Shown: positions 1 to 8,444 of the stretch, one piece after another
Layout: each line of letters opens with the position of its first letter
Position numbering within the stretch: position 1 is the stretch's first letter
Source of the DNA: a bacterium
GTDB lineage: Bacteria; Tectomicrobia; Entotheonellia; J063; CAVPRW01
DNA: 48,255 nucleotides
Reading direction: 5' to 3'
NCBI GenBank assembly: GCA_046727435.1
Contig: JBKPCR010000213.1
Location: 1 to 48,255 of the forward strand
Notes under the pieces: generated by a model
What the model saw: only the letters and a program-made list of their open reading frames with translations
The model's database searches: none
What the model was told of the DNA's origin: nothing
Made by a program: the position numbers and the translations under genes

Positions 1-137
1 TTGCGTGGGAGGATACGTTCAATCGGCTGCTTCTTCGTTTTGAACACATGCAGCAACGACACTTTGGCATGAAATGACTGGCGTACACCTTGATCAAGGT
101 GCGGCAATTCTGCGGTGCCTAAAACTCGCAACCAGTT
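1..137 (+). pseudogene. 3' end of an IS5-family DDE transposase with an internal stop, plus probable right end of the element
   Basis: Frame from nt 3 reads AWEDTFNRLLLRFEHMQQRHFGMK*LAYTLIKVRQFCGA*, matching the IS5-family C-terminal pattern (FAW..KF.RL..RFE...). Contains an in-frame TGA. Truncated by the window start. Confidence 0.7.
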
Positions 138-139
138 CC

Positions 140-1391
140 TAGTACCGTGTCTCATAAATTCGTGAGCAGTGGTCAAGCGGCGGCCAGATCAAACTGTTGG
201 GGTGAAACGGCCAGTGGTTTACCCGTATACGTCCATTGAAATGGGTGTGCGAAGTGCGCATTCCAAGTATCAATAAAGCAGTGGATCACAGAGCGCAACT
301 CTCGGGTCGAACCCACACTGGCCCGGCGCAGGCATTTGCGCGACAGGATCGAGAACCAGATTTCCACTTGGTTGAGCCACGAACTGTGATAGGGCAACCA
401 GTGCCGCGTGAGCTTCGGCCGCTGGGCCGCGCACCACGCCAAGACTTCTGGTTTGGTATGATAACTGGCGTTGTCCAGAATCAGATGCCAGCGCCTGTCG
501 GGATCGCGTGCCCGCAGCCCCCGCAGAAAGTGACGCAACTCGACATTGCTGTGGTGTGTATAGCACTGTCCGAAAACCTGACCAGTGCGCACGTCGAACG
601 CCGCGAACAGGTCGACCACACCGTGACGAATATACTCGAACTCCCGTCGTTCGAGCCGGCCTGGGCGCCGCGGCAAGCTCGGGTAGCGACGTTCCAGTGC
701 TTGGATGCCGGTCTTCTCGTCTATACACAGCAGCCGACTGTGCCGCGGTGGAGCCAGATACAGATTGACGATCTCGTCCATCTTCCGCTCAAACTCCGGG
801 TCGGTGCGTGTCAGCCAGTAGCGCACCCGATGCGGCTTCAGCACCATCTCGGTCAAAATGCGCTGGAGCGTCGCCGGACTCATCGTGATGACTTCGCCGC
901 GCCTGGCCATCAACCGCGCCAGGTCGCGCACGCTGTCGTGCGAAAACCCACTGCAGTCCCGCTCCCTCCCTTCTTGACAAGCCACGCTCACCACCACGTG
1001 ACGGGCCTGCGGGGGAAAAAACCGGCGGGCGTCCCGACCGGGGCCAATCATCCAGGGCCGGTAGCCGCACCGGCGGTCCCACCTCTTTTTCCGACGGAGG
1101 GGCCTTCGCTTCATAATGCGCAAACCGCTTGCGCCACTTCTGCACCCAATGGCGCGAGGTCTCCAAGTGCTCTGCGATCTCCTGGTTGTTCATGCCAGCA
1201 TCAGCCAACAGGATGGCCGCCGCTCGCTTGGCCACCCGCTGCTGCGTCTTGCCAGCCCGGAGCAACGCCTCGATCTGCTGCCGCTCTTCAACGCTCAACT
1301 GTATCGCATACCGGGGACGTAACATGGCCATCTCCTTCTTCTCGCAATGGCCATTATTATACTGCTAACGAACTTGTGAGACAGGGTACTA
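140..1391 (-). mobile_element. IS630-family insertion sequence
   Basis: Imperfect terminal IRs at 142-170 (GTACCGTGTCTCATAAATTCGTGAGCAGT) and 1361-1389 (25/29 identical in reverse complement). Each end is flanked by TA within CTAG. A DDE transposase lies inside. Confidence 0.93.
173..1331 (-). CDS. IS630 transposase split in two frames (HTH ORF 789-1331, DDE ORF 173-1123) joined at a T6C5 run
   Basis: N-terminal HTH ends in PRSGRPPVFSP. Second frame has IDEKTGIQ, EYIRHG, LILDNASYH and SSWLNQVEIWF (DDE_3 motifs). The frames overlap at TTTTTTCCCCC (1011-1021, minus). Confidence 0.9.
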
Positions 1392-1789
1392 GCGATGGCT
1401 GTGAGGACACACACACATGATCGATCACGGCCTGACAGATCAGGGGGCCCATCGCCAGGCGTCAATCGCACGCTGGTGCGCGTTTGGCCGGGCTCATCGA
1501 TCCGAGAGTGGCGAACATGCCCTCGCCCCCACCGGTCGAATGGCCCTGCCCGTGCAACCCATGCGCTGCCGGTCGCGGCACGTGGGGACTGACGAATGGC
1601 GGTCCAGCGTCTCACGGGTCGTGACTCGGAGGGCCCATGGGGGTCTTTCGGCTCTGACGCATAAAAGCCTGAGCCATAACATCCCCTCTATGCTACTATG
1701 CGGCAAAATTTCAGCATATACCCCCGTGACCGGGATCATAGCTCGACACCCACCGTCGAGGTCTGGGGAAGGATATACGTCACAGGTGA

Positions 1790-1813
1790 TGTCTATATAA
1801 TCAAGCGTCCGGC
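1790..1813 (+). other. Possible attI / first-cassette junction
   Basis: AT-rich TCTATATAAT, 5-bp spacer, then GTCCGGC (1807-1813). This is one mismatch from GTTCGGC, the complement of the first cassette's R'' GCCGAAC. Confidence 0.4.
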
Positions 1814-1855
1814 TCCGCACCACCGAAAGGAAGCCAGAAATCAGGAGACGAGTAC

Positions 1856-2092
1856 ATGGGCGAACGGATTACCATTGACCCACAAGTGTGTCACGGGCAA
1901 GCCTGTATTCGGGGTACTCGCATTCCGGTGCATCTCATCCTCCGCATGCTCGCCCATGGGGATACCATCGAGGACCTGCTCCAAGAATATCCCTCATTGA
2001 CACGAGCGGATATCCTTGCCTGCCTCGACTATGCCGCCTCACTGGCAGAGGAGCAGGTGACGCCGCTTGAAGCCTTGTCAGGCGACGCATGA
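1856..2092 (+). CDS. DUF433 antitoxin (VapB45-like)
   Basis: RITIDPQVCHGQACIRGTRIPV...EYPSLTRADILACLDYAA signature. AGGAG RBS. ATGA overlap with the next gene. Confidence 0.92.
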   Translation: MGERITIDPQVCHGQACIRGTRIPVHLILRMLAHGDTIEDLLQEYPSLTRADILACLDYAASLAEEQVTPLEALSGDA

Positions 2093-2448
2093 AGATCCTG
2101 GTTGATGAGCATATCCCGTTAATGACGGTACAGGCACTTCGTTTGCTGAACCATGACGTCCGTGATATTCGCGGCACCCCAGATGAGGGGATACAAGATG
2201 ACGCGCTGTGGATGATGGCTCAGCGGGAAGAGCGCCTGTTGATTACCACCGACAGAGGGTTCAGCCAATATCGCACAGCACGGCATTATGGAATCCTGGT
2301 CATCCGACTTCGACGGCCGAATCGACACAGGATTCACCAACGCATCATGCAGGCGGTGACACAGTTTGCCGAAGGGGACTGGCCTGGGTTGCTGGTCGTT
2401 ATGCGGGATGTCGCGCAGAGCACCTGGCGTGCAAGGGAGCAACCCTGA
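2089..2448 (+). CDS. DUF5615 PIN-like toxin (VapC45-like)
   Basis: MKILVDEHIP...DDALW...ERLLITTDRGF motifs. Translationally coupled to the DUF433 gene. Confidence 0.9.
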   Translation: MKILVDEHIPLMTVQALRLLNHDVRDIRGTPDEGIQDDALWMMAQREERLLITTDRGFSQYRTARHYGILVIRLRRPNRHRIHQRIMQAVTQFAEGDWPGLLVVMRDVAQSTWRAREQP

Positions 2449-2532
2449 GCCGAACCAGGCTGCTGCACCTGCCGCGGCGGCCGTCAAGCCTTTGGCTTGC
2501 CGTCCCCCGCGCAGGTGAGCGCCGCATTCGGC
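2449..2532 (+). repeat. attC site 1 (integron cassette recombination site)
   Basis: Begins right after the toxin stop. R'' GCCGAAC, L'' GCTGCACCTG, L' CAGGTGAGC, R' ATTCGGC (degenerate GTTCGGC). 84-bp imperfect hairpin. Confidence 0.75.
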
Positions 2533-2639
2533 ATTTCGTGGCCGTGGCCGATCGAGGTTGTCGGCCTGTAAGCCATTCTACCTGATTGCATTGTCGCACA
2601 CACGATATGTGTGATCCGTCACGGAAAGGACACTTGAGC

Positions 2640-3404
2640 ATGGCCCATGCACCCTATCGCATCTACGCCGTTCGCTACGCCCACCGCACGTGCACCACCT
2701 CCGAGTGCTTCTACGGCGACTACCACGCGGCGCCCATGGCCATGGACTACTTTGTCTGGGCCCTCACCAACGGCACCGAGACGGTCGTGGTGGACCTGGG
2801 ATTCACGGAAGCGGTGGGCACACGGCGCGGTCGCCAGTTCCTGCGCTGCCCCGGCAAGGGCCTGGCCGAGCTCGGCATTGACTGCACCTCGGTGCAGCAC
2901 GTCATCCTGAGTCACTTCCACTACGACCACGTGGGCAACTACGCGCTCTTCCCCAACGCGACCTTCTACGTGCAGGACGCCGAGATGGCGTTCTACACCG
3001 GCCGCCACGCCTCCCTGGGGGGTTTCCGCCACTCGATCGAGGTGGACGACGTCTGCGCGCTCGTGCGGCTCAACTATGAGGGCCGACTCGCCTTCGTAGA
3101 TGGCTCGCGCGAGATCGTGCCCGGCATCGCCGTGCATCATGTGGGGGGCCACACGGCGGGGATGCAGATCGTCATGGTGGCCCATGCACGCGGCCGAGCG
3201 GTGGTGGCTTCCGACGCGTCCCACTATTACCGCAACTTCGCTGAGCGCATCCCGTTCAACACCCTGCACGACCTGCCGCGCATGTACGCGGCATTCGCGA
3301 AGATCCGGGAGCTGGCCTCGTCGGAGGACCTGGTGCTGCCCGGGCACGACCCTCTGGTGTTCGAGCGGCTCACGAAGGTAGGCGACGGGATCGTGGAGCT
3401 GTAG
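2640..3404 (+). CDS. N-acyl-homoserine lactonase-like metallo-beta-lactamase-fold hydrolase
   Basis: HFHYDH zinc motif, GGHTAG, ASDASH and PGHD motifs. AAAGGA RBS before ATG 2640. Confidence 0.85.
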   Translation: MAHAPYRIYAVRYAHRTCTTSECFYGDYHAAPMAMDYFVWALTNGTETVVVDLGFTEAVGTRRGRQFLRCPGKGLAELGIDCTSVQHVILSHFHYDHVGNYALFPNATFYVQDAEMAFYTGRHASLGGFRHSIEVDDVCALVRLNYEGRLAFVDGSREIVPGIAVHHVGGHTAGMQIVMVAHARGRAVVASDASHYYRNFAERIPFNTLHDLPRMYAAFAKIRELASSEDLVLPGHDPLVFERLTKVGDGIVEL

Positions 3405-3545
3405 CCCAGGCACTCACGCGTGCAGCCCGAATCGACACGTGCGTGACCGCGCTGTCGCCCGGAGGGAACGTCGCACGGGTACGCCGTGCCTCCGGCCGTG
3501 GTGGTCAATGGTGATGCTCACATCCGTGATGCTTTGCCGGCAGCC

Positions 3546-3641
3546 GACGAACCCGGCGCTCGAGCGGAGCGCTCAACAGTGCCGCTGTTAGGTTCCCGCC
3601 GCGCGTCGCGCGCCGGCGCCCGCTCAGCTTTAACGTTCGGC
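3546..3641 (+). repeat. attC site 2
   Basis: R'' GACGAAC, L'' GCTCGAGCGG, L' CCGCTCAGC, R' GTTCGGC. 96 bp with canonical attC arm pattern. Confidence 0.8.
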
Positions 3642-3701
3642 TTCCTCTTTCCACATCCTGTTGTTGAAGGCGGCTGTTTGCACAGAAAGGATGGCACGAC
3701 A

Positions 3702-4770
3702 ATGCGCTATCTGCAGTTTGGCGTCACGCTGTACGATGTGGCCAGGGCCACCCCTGGATTCACACTGATTGTGCCGTATTTCCGCCGCGAGGCTTACCTG
3801 ATCGGCATGCACGGGGAGGTGCCGCACCAGTGGACCAACCTCCCGTTGCCTCATGGTACGTACGCCTATGTGCTCAAGAACGGGAATCTTCTGTGGGCCG
3901 GCCGGACCGCCGAGGGCTGTCCGCTCCAGGCCGGCAAAGGCGGGCTGCTGCGCGAATACGACTGGGACGGCCACGTCCTGTGGGAATACCAGGATGACAA
4001 CCAGCATCATGATTTCCGCCGCTGCGAGACTGGCAACACCCTTTACCTCGGCTGGAGGCCATGCGCCCGGAGGCCGCTGCACGCGTGCAGGGCGGGCAGC
4101 CGGGTACCGAGCACGAGGGAGTGATGTATGGCGATTACGTGCGCGAGATTGATGCGCGCGGCACCACGGTTTGGGAGTGGCACGCACAAGACGACCTGGA
4201 CATCGAGCGCTATCCCCTGAACCCCTTGGTCCACCGCGATGAGTTCGCACACGCCAATGCGTGCTGTCCGCTGCCCAGCGGGGATGTCCTGTTGAGCTTC
4301 CGGCGGATCTCAACCATCATGATCCTCGACCGCCACACGCGCAAGCCGCGCTGGGAGCAGCGCGACGACACCTGGGGCATGCAGCATGACTGCGAGATGC
4401 TGGCCAACGGGCATATCACCTTCTTCGCCAACGGGCACAACACGGGACAGAATCCGTTCTCGCGGGTGATCGAGCTCGACCCCGGCACGCGCCAGACGGT
4501 GTGGGCGTACCAGGGCCACCCGCCGTGGACGTTCTTCAGCCCGCACATCAGCGGCGCCCAGCGCCTCGCCTCGGGCCATACGCTGATCTGCGAGGGTCAG
4601 TGGGGCGCGTGTTTGAGGTCACGCCGGCAGGCGAGATCGTCTGGGAATACATCAACCCGCATCATGGGGAGCAGCGTCCGGGCGTCCTGGCCAACTCGCT
4701 CTTCCGCGCCTACCGCTACGCCGCTGATTCGCCGGAAATCCGCGGGCGCCTGGGCTCGCTCGGCGTCTGA
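3702..4770 (+). pseudogene. Arylsulfotransferase (ASST)-like beta-propeller, two frameshifts
   Basis: QHHDF, HANA, QHD, SGAQRLASGHTLICEG and FEVTPAGEIVWEY motifs are spread over three frames. Breaks lie at ~4055 (GGCTGGAGG) and ~4605 (TGGGGCGC), and each is repaired by one extra G. Confidence 0.82.
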
Positions 4771-4823
4771 AATCGGAGCGGCGATCCGCGCGAGGTCACC
4801 AATCCGACCCGGATAGGAAGGGT

Positions 4824-4911
4824 GCCGAACATTGGCCAGCAGTCGATGCCTGCCAACCGTCGCTCATCCCTCGCTGCGGCTGCCAGACGCGGCTGAAGCC
4901 CAGCGTTTGGC
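4824..4911 (+). repeat. attC site 3
   Basis: R'' GCCGAAC, L'' CAGCAGTCGA, L' CGGCTGAAG, R' GTTTGGC. 88-bp imperfect hairpin. The next gene's RBS and ATG follow within 27 bp. Confidence 0.78.
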
Positions 4912-4937
4912 TGTTGGGTCTGAAGGAGGAAACGTGA

Positions 4938-5501
4938 ATGAACCATCAACCCATGGTAATTGATGACACCTGGTACCGTCGACTGCCAGCCGCTAAGGAA
5001 CGGATCGCAGCTGGCGGTATTGTCCTACGACAGGAGAACCAGCGCGTGTATGTCGCCCTCGCACGGGAACTCGCCCTTGTACGAGAGGCAGATGTCCCTC
5101 CATTTGTCCTGCCAAAGGGCGAGGTTGAACCAGGCGAAACGCTCGAAGCGGCAGCACGACGAGAAATTCGCGAGGAAGTTGGTCTCTCTGACCTGCAGTT
5201 GAGGAGCAAGCTCGGCGTATTGGAGCGCCTGAGTTACGACAAAATCTATTGGACGCAGACCCATTATTTTCTCTTTACGACGGCCCAAAAAGAGGGGATA
5301 CCGACCGACACCCAGCACCATGACGCGGTGTGGTGGTTTCCCCTTGACGGCCTCCCAGCCATGCTCTGGCCGGAACAACGGCGGTTGATCGACACCCATC
5401 GAGACATGCTCGCCACCGTCTGGCCTGCCCCACAGTGGTATGATGGCACCTCGACGCCTCAACTGGGCGAATCCACCCAGTCCGCGAGGGCACTGCCATG
5501 A
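4938..5501 (+). CDS. NUDIX hydrolase
   Basis: Nudix box GEVEPGETLEAAARREIREEVG. AAGGAGG RBS. Confidence 0.9.
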   Translation: MNHQPMVIDDTWYRRLPAAKERIAAGGIVLRQENQRVYVALARELALVREADVPPFVLPKGEVEPGETLEAAARREIREEVGLSDLQLRSKLGVLERLSYDKIYWTQTHYFLFTTAQKEGIPTDTQHHDAVWWFPLDGLPAMLWPEQRRLIDTHRDMLATVWPAPQWYDGTSTPQLGESTQSARALP

Positions 5502-6379
5502 CCGACATGGATCGGCCCCCATTCCTCAGACGACTCAGCGGGTGTTCACCCCTCCACTGGCCCTGGCGTGAGAAAAGGCCACCAGGGCGCACCCATTACC
5601 GACGGGTATGGTCGGCGCTCTTGGCCTGTGGCTTGCTCGTGGCGTCCATGGGGTGGACGTCTGAGAATGACCGCTTCACGGTGGAGCCCGATCGGCCTGA
5701 CATCAGTAACAGCACACACGCCGTCCCCGTGGGCGCGCTCCAGGTCGAGCTCGGGCTCGAATACGCGCGGTTCCGTAACGGCACCACTGAGCGAAGACTC
5801 GCCCTACAAACCACCCTGCGCACCGGCCTCACCGACCGCCTCGAAGTCCGGCTCGACAGCGAGCCCTTGGTCCGGGTGCAGGAAGACTCCGACGACGTGG
5901 GCCTGGGCGACCTCGCCCTCGGCGTGAAGGCGCGCGTCTTCGAGCCTGGAGAAGGCCAGCGGTGGCCCACCCTCGGGCTGCAGCCGTTTGTGAAGATCCC
6001 CACGGCACGAACGCCCGTCGGCTCAGGACGTCTGGACGGCGGGTTCCTCGTCCTCGCCGACCAGGACCTGCCGGGGGAGCTGCAACTGACCGTCAACGCC
6101 GGGCTCGTCGTGCTCGGGCAGCCTCACGGGGCCTTGCTCCAGGGCCTCACAGCCGCGTCGCTCTCCCGCGAGTTCTCGGACCGGCTCTCGCCCTTCCTCG
6201 AGCTGTTCTTCGCCTCGCGCGAGGAGCGGGATGGGCATGACACCGTCGGCCTCGACGTGGGGGCCTTCTACCGGGTGACCCGACGGATGGCCGTTGATGC
6301 GGCGGCGGAGATGACGCTCAACCGCCACCGCCCGGACTATGCGCTGCGCACTGGGGTCAGCTGGCTCATAGGGCGATAA
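5498..6379 (+). CDS. Outer-membrane beta-barrel 'transporter' (Phenol_MetA_deg-like)
   Basis: DRPD..NSTHAVPVGALQVELG, GLGDLALGVK and alternating amphipathic strands, with a near-terminal aromatic residue. Start uncertain. Confidence 0.7.
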   Translation: MTDMDRPPFLRRLSGCSPLHWPWREKRPPGRTHYRRVWSALLACGLLVASMGWTSENDRFTVEPDRPDISNSTHAVPVGALQVELGLEYARFRNGTTERRLALQTTLRTGLTDRLEVRLDSEPLVRVQEDSDDVGLGDLALGVKARVFEPGEGQRWPTLGLQPFVKIPTARTPVGSGRLDGGFLVLADQDLPGELQLTVNAGLVVLGQPHGALLQGLTAASLSREFSDRLSPFLELFFASREERDGHDTVGLDVGAFYRVTRRMAVDAAAEMTLNRHRPDYALRTGVSWLIGR

Positions 6380-6393
6380 GGGGAGATGCCGAC

Positions 6394-7722
6394 ATGCCGG
6401 CCATCGGGTTTGAGCTCTTCGCGATTCTGCTCTTGGTCCTCGCCAATGGCGTCTTTGCCATGGCGGAGATCGCGGTGGTGTCGGCACGCAGAGCCCGCCT
6501 GCAGATGTGGGCCGAGCAGGGGAACCCTCGGGCGCGCACGGCCTTGGAGCTGGCTGAGCACCCCGGTGAGTTTCTCTCGACCGTGCAGATTGGCATCACC
6601 CTCGTGGGCATCCTGGCGGGGGCCTTCGGCGGGGTGCGGCTCGCCGCGCCCCTGGCCGACGCGTTGCGTCCCCTGCCGGGCATCGGCCCGTATAGTGAGA
6701 CGCTCAGCCTGGGCCTCGTGGTGATGGGAATTGCCTATATATCGCTCATCATGGAGGAATTGGTGCCGAAGCAGCTCGCCCTCACGAGCCCCGAACGCCT
6801 CGCCGTGGCGCTGGCCGGTCCGATGCGGTTGGTCTCCCGCCTGGCGTCTCCGGCGGTGCGACTCCTCAGCCGCTCAACGGCGGCGGTGCTGCGGCTGTTC
6901 CGGGTCCGTCCCATCCCGGAGCCGCCGGTGACGGAGGGGGAGATTCGGCTCCTGATGCAGCAAGGGGCACAAGCCGGCGTGTTTGAGGCGGCCGAGCACG
7001 AGATGGTCCAAAGTGTCTTTCGCTTGGGGGACCGGCGCATCGGGGCGCTGATGACGCCGCGAACAGCCGTCGTGTGGCTGGACCTGGACGACCCGCCGGA
7101 GATACTTCACCGTATGGTGGTAGAAACCATACATGCGTGGCTCCCGGTCGCCCGAGGGGATTTGGATCAGCTTCTGGGCGTCGCCCGGGCCAAAGACCTG
7201 TTGGTCCCTCTGCTCAGCGGCCAGCCGGATGCGCTCGAGACATGCGTGCACCAGCCAGTCATTGTTCCCGAAAGCCTCCCAGCGTTGAGGGTGTTGGACA
7301 GGTTTCGGCAGGGAGGCATCCACCTGGCGCTCGTCGTCGATGAATACGGCGGCATTCAGGGGTTGGTGACCCCTATCGACCTCCTGGAGGCACTCGTGGG
7401 GGACATCCCTGAGGCGGGTATGCCGGCCGAGCCCTCCGTGGTGCGCCGCGAGGACGGCTCGTGGTTGGTCGACGGGATGCTGCCCATTGACGAGTTTAAA
7501 GAGCGCATAGCGCTCGGGCCGCTGCCCAGGGAGGGCATGGGTGCGTATCAGACGGTGAGCGGCTTCGTGATGCAGCAGCTCGGGCGGGTCCCCTCGACCA
7601 CCGACCATTTTTCGTGGGGCGGGTTTCGTTTCGAGGTCGTCGATATGGACGGCCACCGTGTCGATAAAGTCCTGGTCATGCCCCTGCCGGCGGAGGACAC
7701 GCCCGAGCAGGCAGGAAGCTGA
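6394..7722 (+). CDS. Hemolysin-family CNNM(DUF21)-CBS-CorC/HlyC Mg2+/Co2+ transport protein
   Basis: NGVFAMAEIAVVSAR, FLSTVQIGITLV, MTPR, VVDEYGG and RFEVVDMDGHRVDKV motifs. Confidence 0.93.
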   Translation: MPAIGFELFAILLLVLANGVFAMAEIAVVSARRARLQMWAEQGNPRARTALELAEHPGEFLSTVQIGITLVGILAGAFGGVRLAAPLADALRPLPGIGPYSETLSLGLVVMGIAYISLIMEELVPKQLALTSPERLAVALAGPMRLVSRLASPAVRLLSRSTAAVLRLFRVRPIPEPPVTEGEIRLLMQQGAQAGVFEAAEHEMVQSVFRLGDRRIGALMTPRTAVVWLDLDDPPEILHRMVVETIHAWLPVARGDLDQLLGVARAKDLLVPLLSGQPDALETCVHQPVIVPESLPALRVLDRFRQGGIHLALVVDEYGGIQGLVTPIDLLEALVGDIPEAGMPAEPSVVRREDGSWLVDGMLPIDEFKERIALGPLPREGMGAYQTVSGFVMQQLGRVPSTTDHFSWGGFRFEVVDMDGHRVDKVLVMPLPAEDTPEQAGS

Positions 7723-7842
7723 ACGCGGGCCACACAGTTCGACTCGCTGGCGGCATCATCCCTTGCCTGCCAAGGTGTTCTGCCTCATCACACCAACATG
7801 ACGACACCACTGTCTCCTGTCATCGTTCATGCCATTCCCCTA

Positions 7843-8175
7843 TCACATCTTTTGCTCCGGACGAGATAAGGCAGCCGGCACGTTCACCGTTAACGTGACG
7901 TCACCTCTGGTCCCTGTGTGGCTCCCAGGGCCTCGATTCGCCAACCTGTGCGCCAGGGCGACGACGTCGTGGGCGTGAACTAAGGTATCGACAGCACGGC
8001 TCAGGATGTCCTGAAGGGCTTGCGCATCCTCCCCCGATAGGCAGGCCGCAATCGTGGCCAGCCGTCCTTCTTTGACATTCGCGTCGACGACCTGAGTCAA
8101 TCGGAGAATCACGTCGATTGTGTCGCTGAGTGAAGACGGGGTGGTCACTTTCGAACGTTTCGGTTTGAATTTCAT
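7843..8175 (-). CDS. Hypothetical protein
   Basis: GGAGG RBS before ATG. Protein-like helical composition. No recognised motif. Confidence 0.5.
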   Translation of the reverse strand: MKFKPKRSKVTTPSSLSDTIDVILRLTQVVDANVKEGRLATIAACLSGEDAQALQDILSRAVDTLVHAHDVVALAHRLANRGPGSHTGTRGDVTLTVNVPAALSRPEQKM

Positions 8176-8444
8176 CGTGGCAATCCTCCGCTATCCGCGA
8201 GGGGTTAGCTCCCGTGCCGGATGCTCCGCCCCTGGGACACTCATGTAGCCCACCTCACGTCTATCCATTGAGACAACTCTCCTCATCGGGGCCATGCCGG
8301 GGGCACTGTCAACCACACGAGTGTCAAGTGCCCACGTGTGAGATGGCCGTCGTACCAGCATCTGTGGCGCCGGTGGATCACCCCTCCGGACTGATCCAAG
8401 CCTCCCATGGACAACCCGGAAGGTTGTCCAGCAGGCGCGGCACA

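Noticed and set aside
2545-2585. GTCGGCCTGTAAGCCATT resembling an attC half-arm in the opposite orientation
   Set aside because: No GTT core or partner arm, so too short to support.
5400-5600. Fourth attC after the NUDIX gene
   Set aside because: No ..AAC/GTT.. bounded hairpin found. The array appears truncated here.
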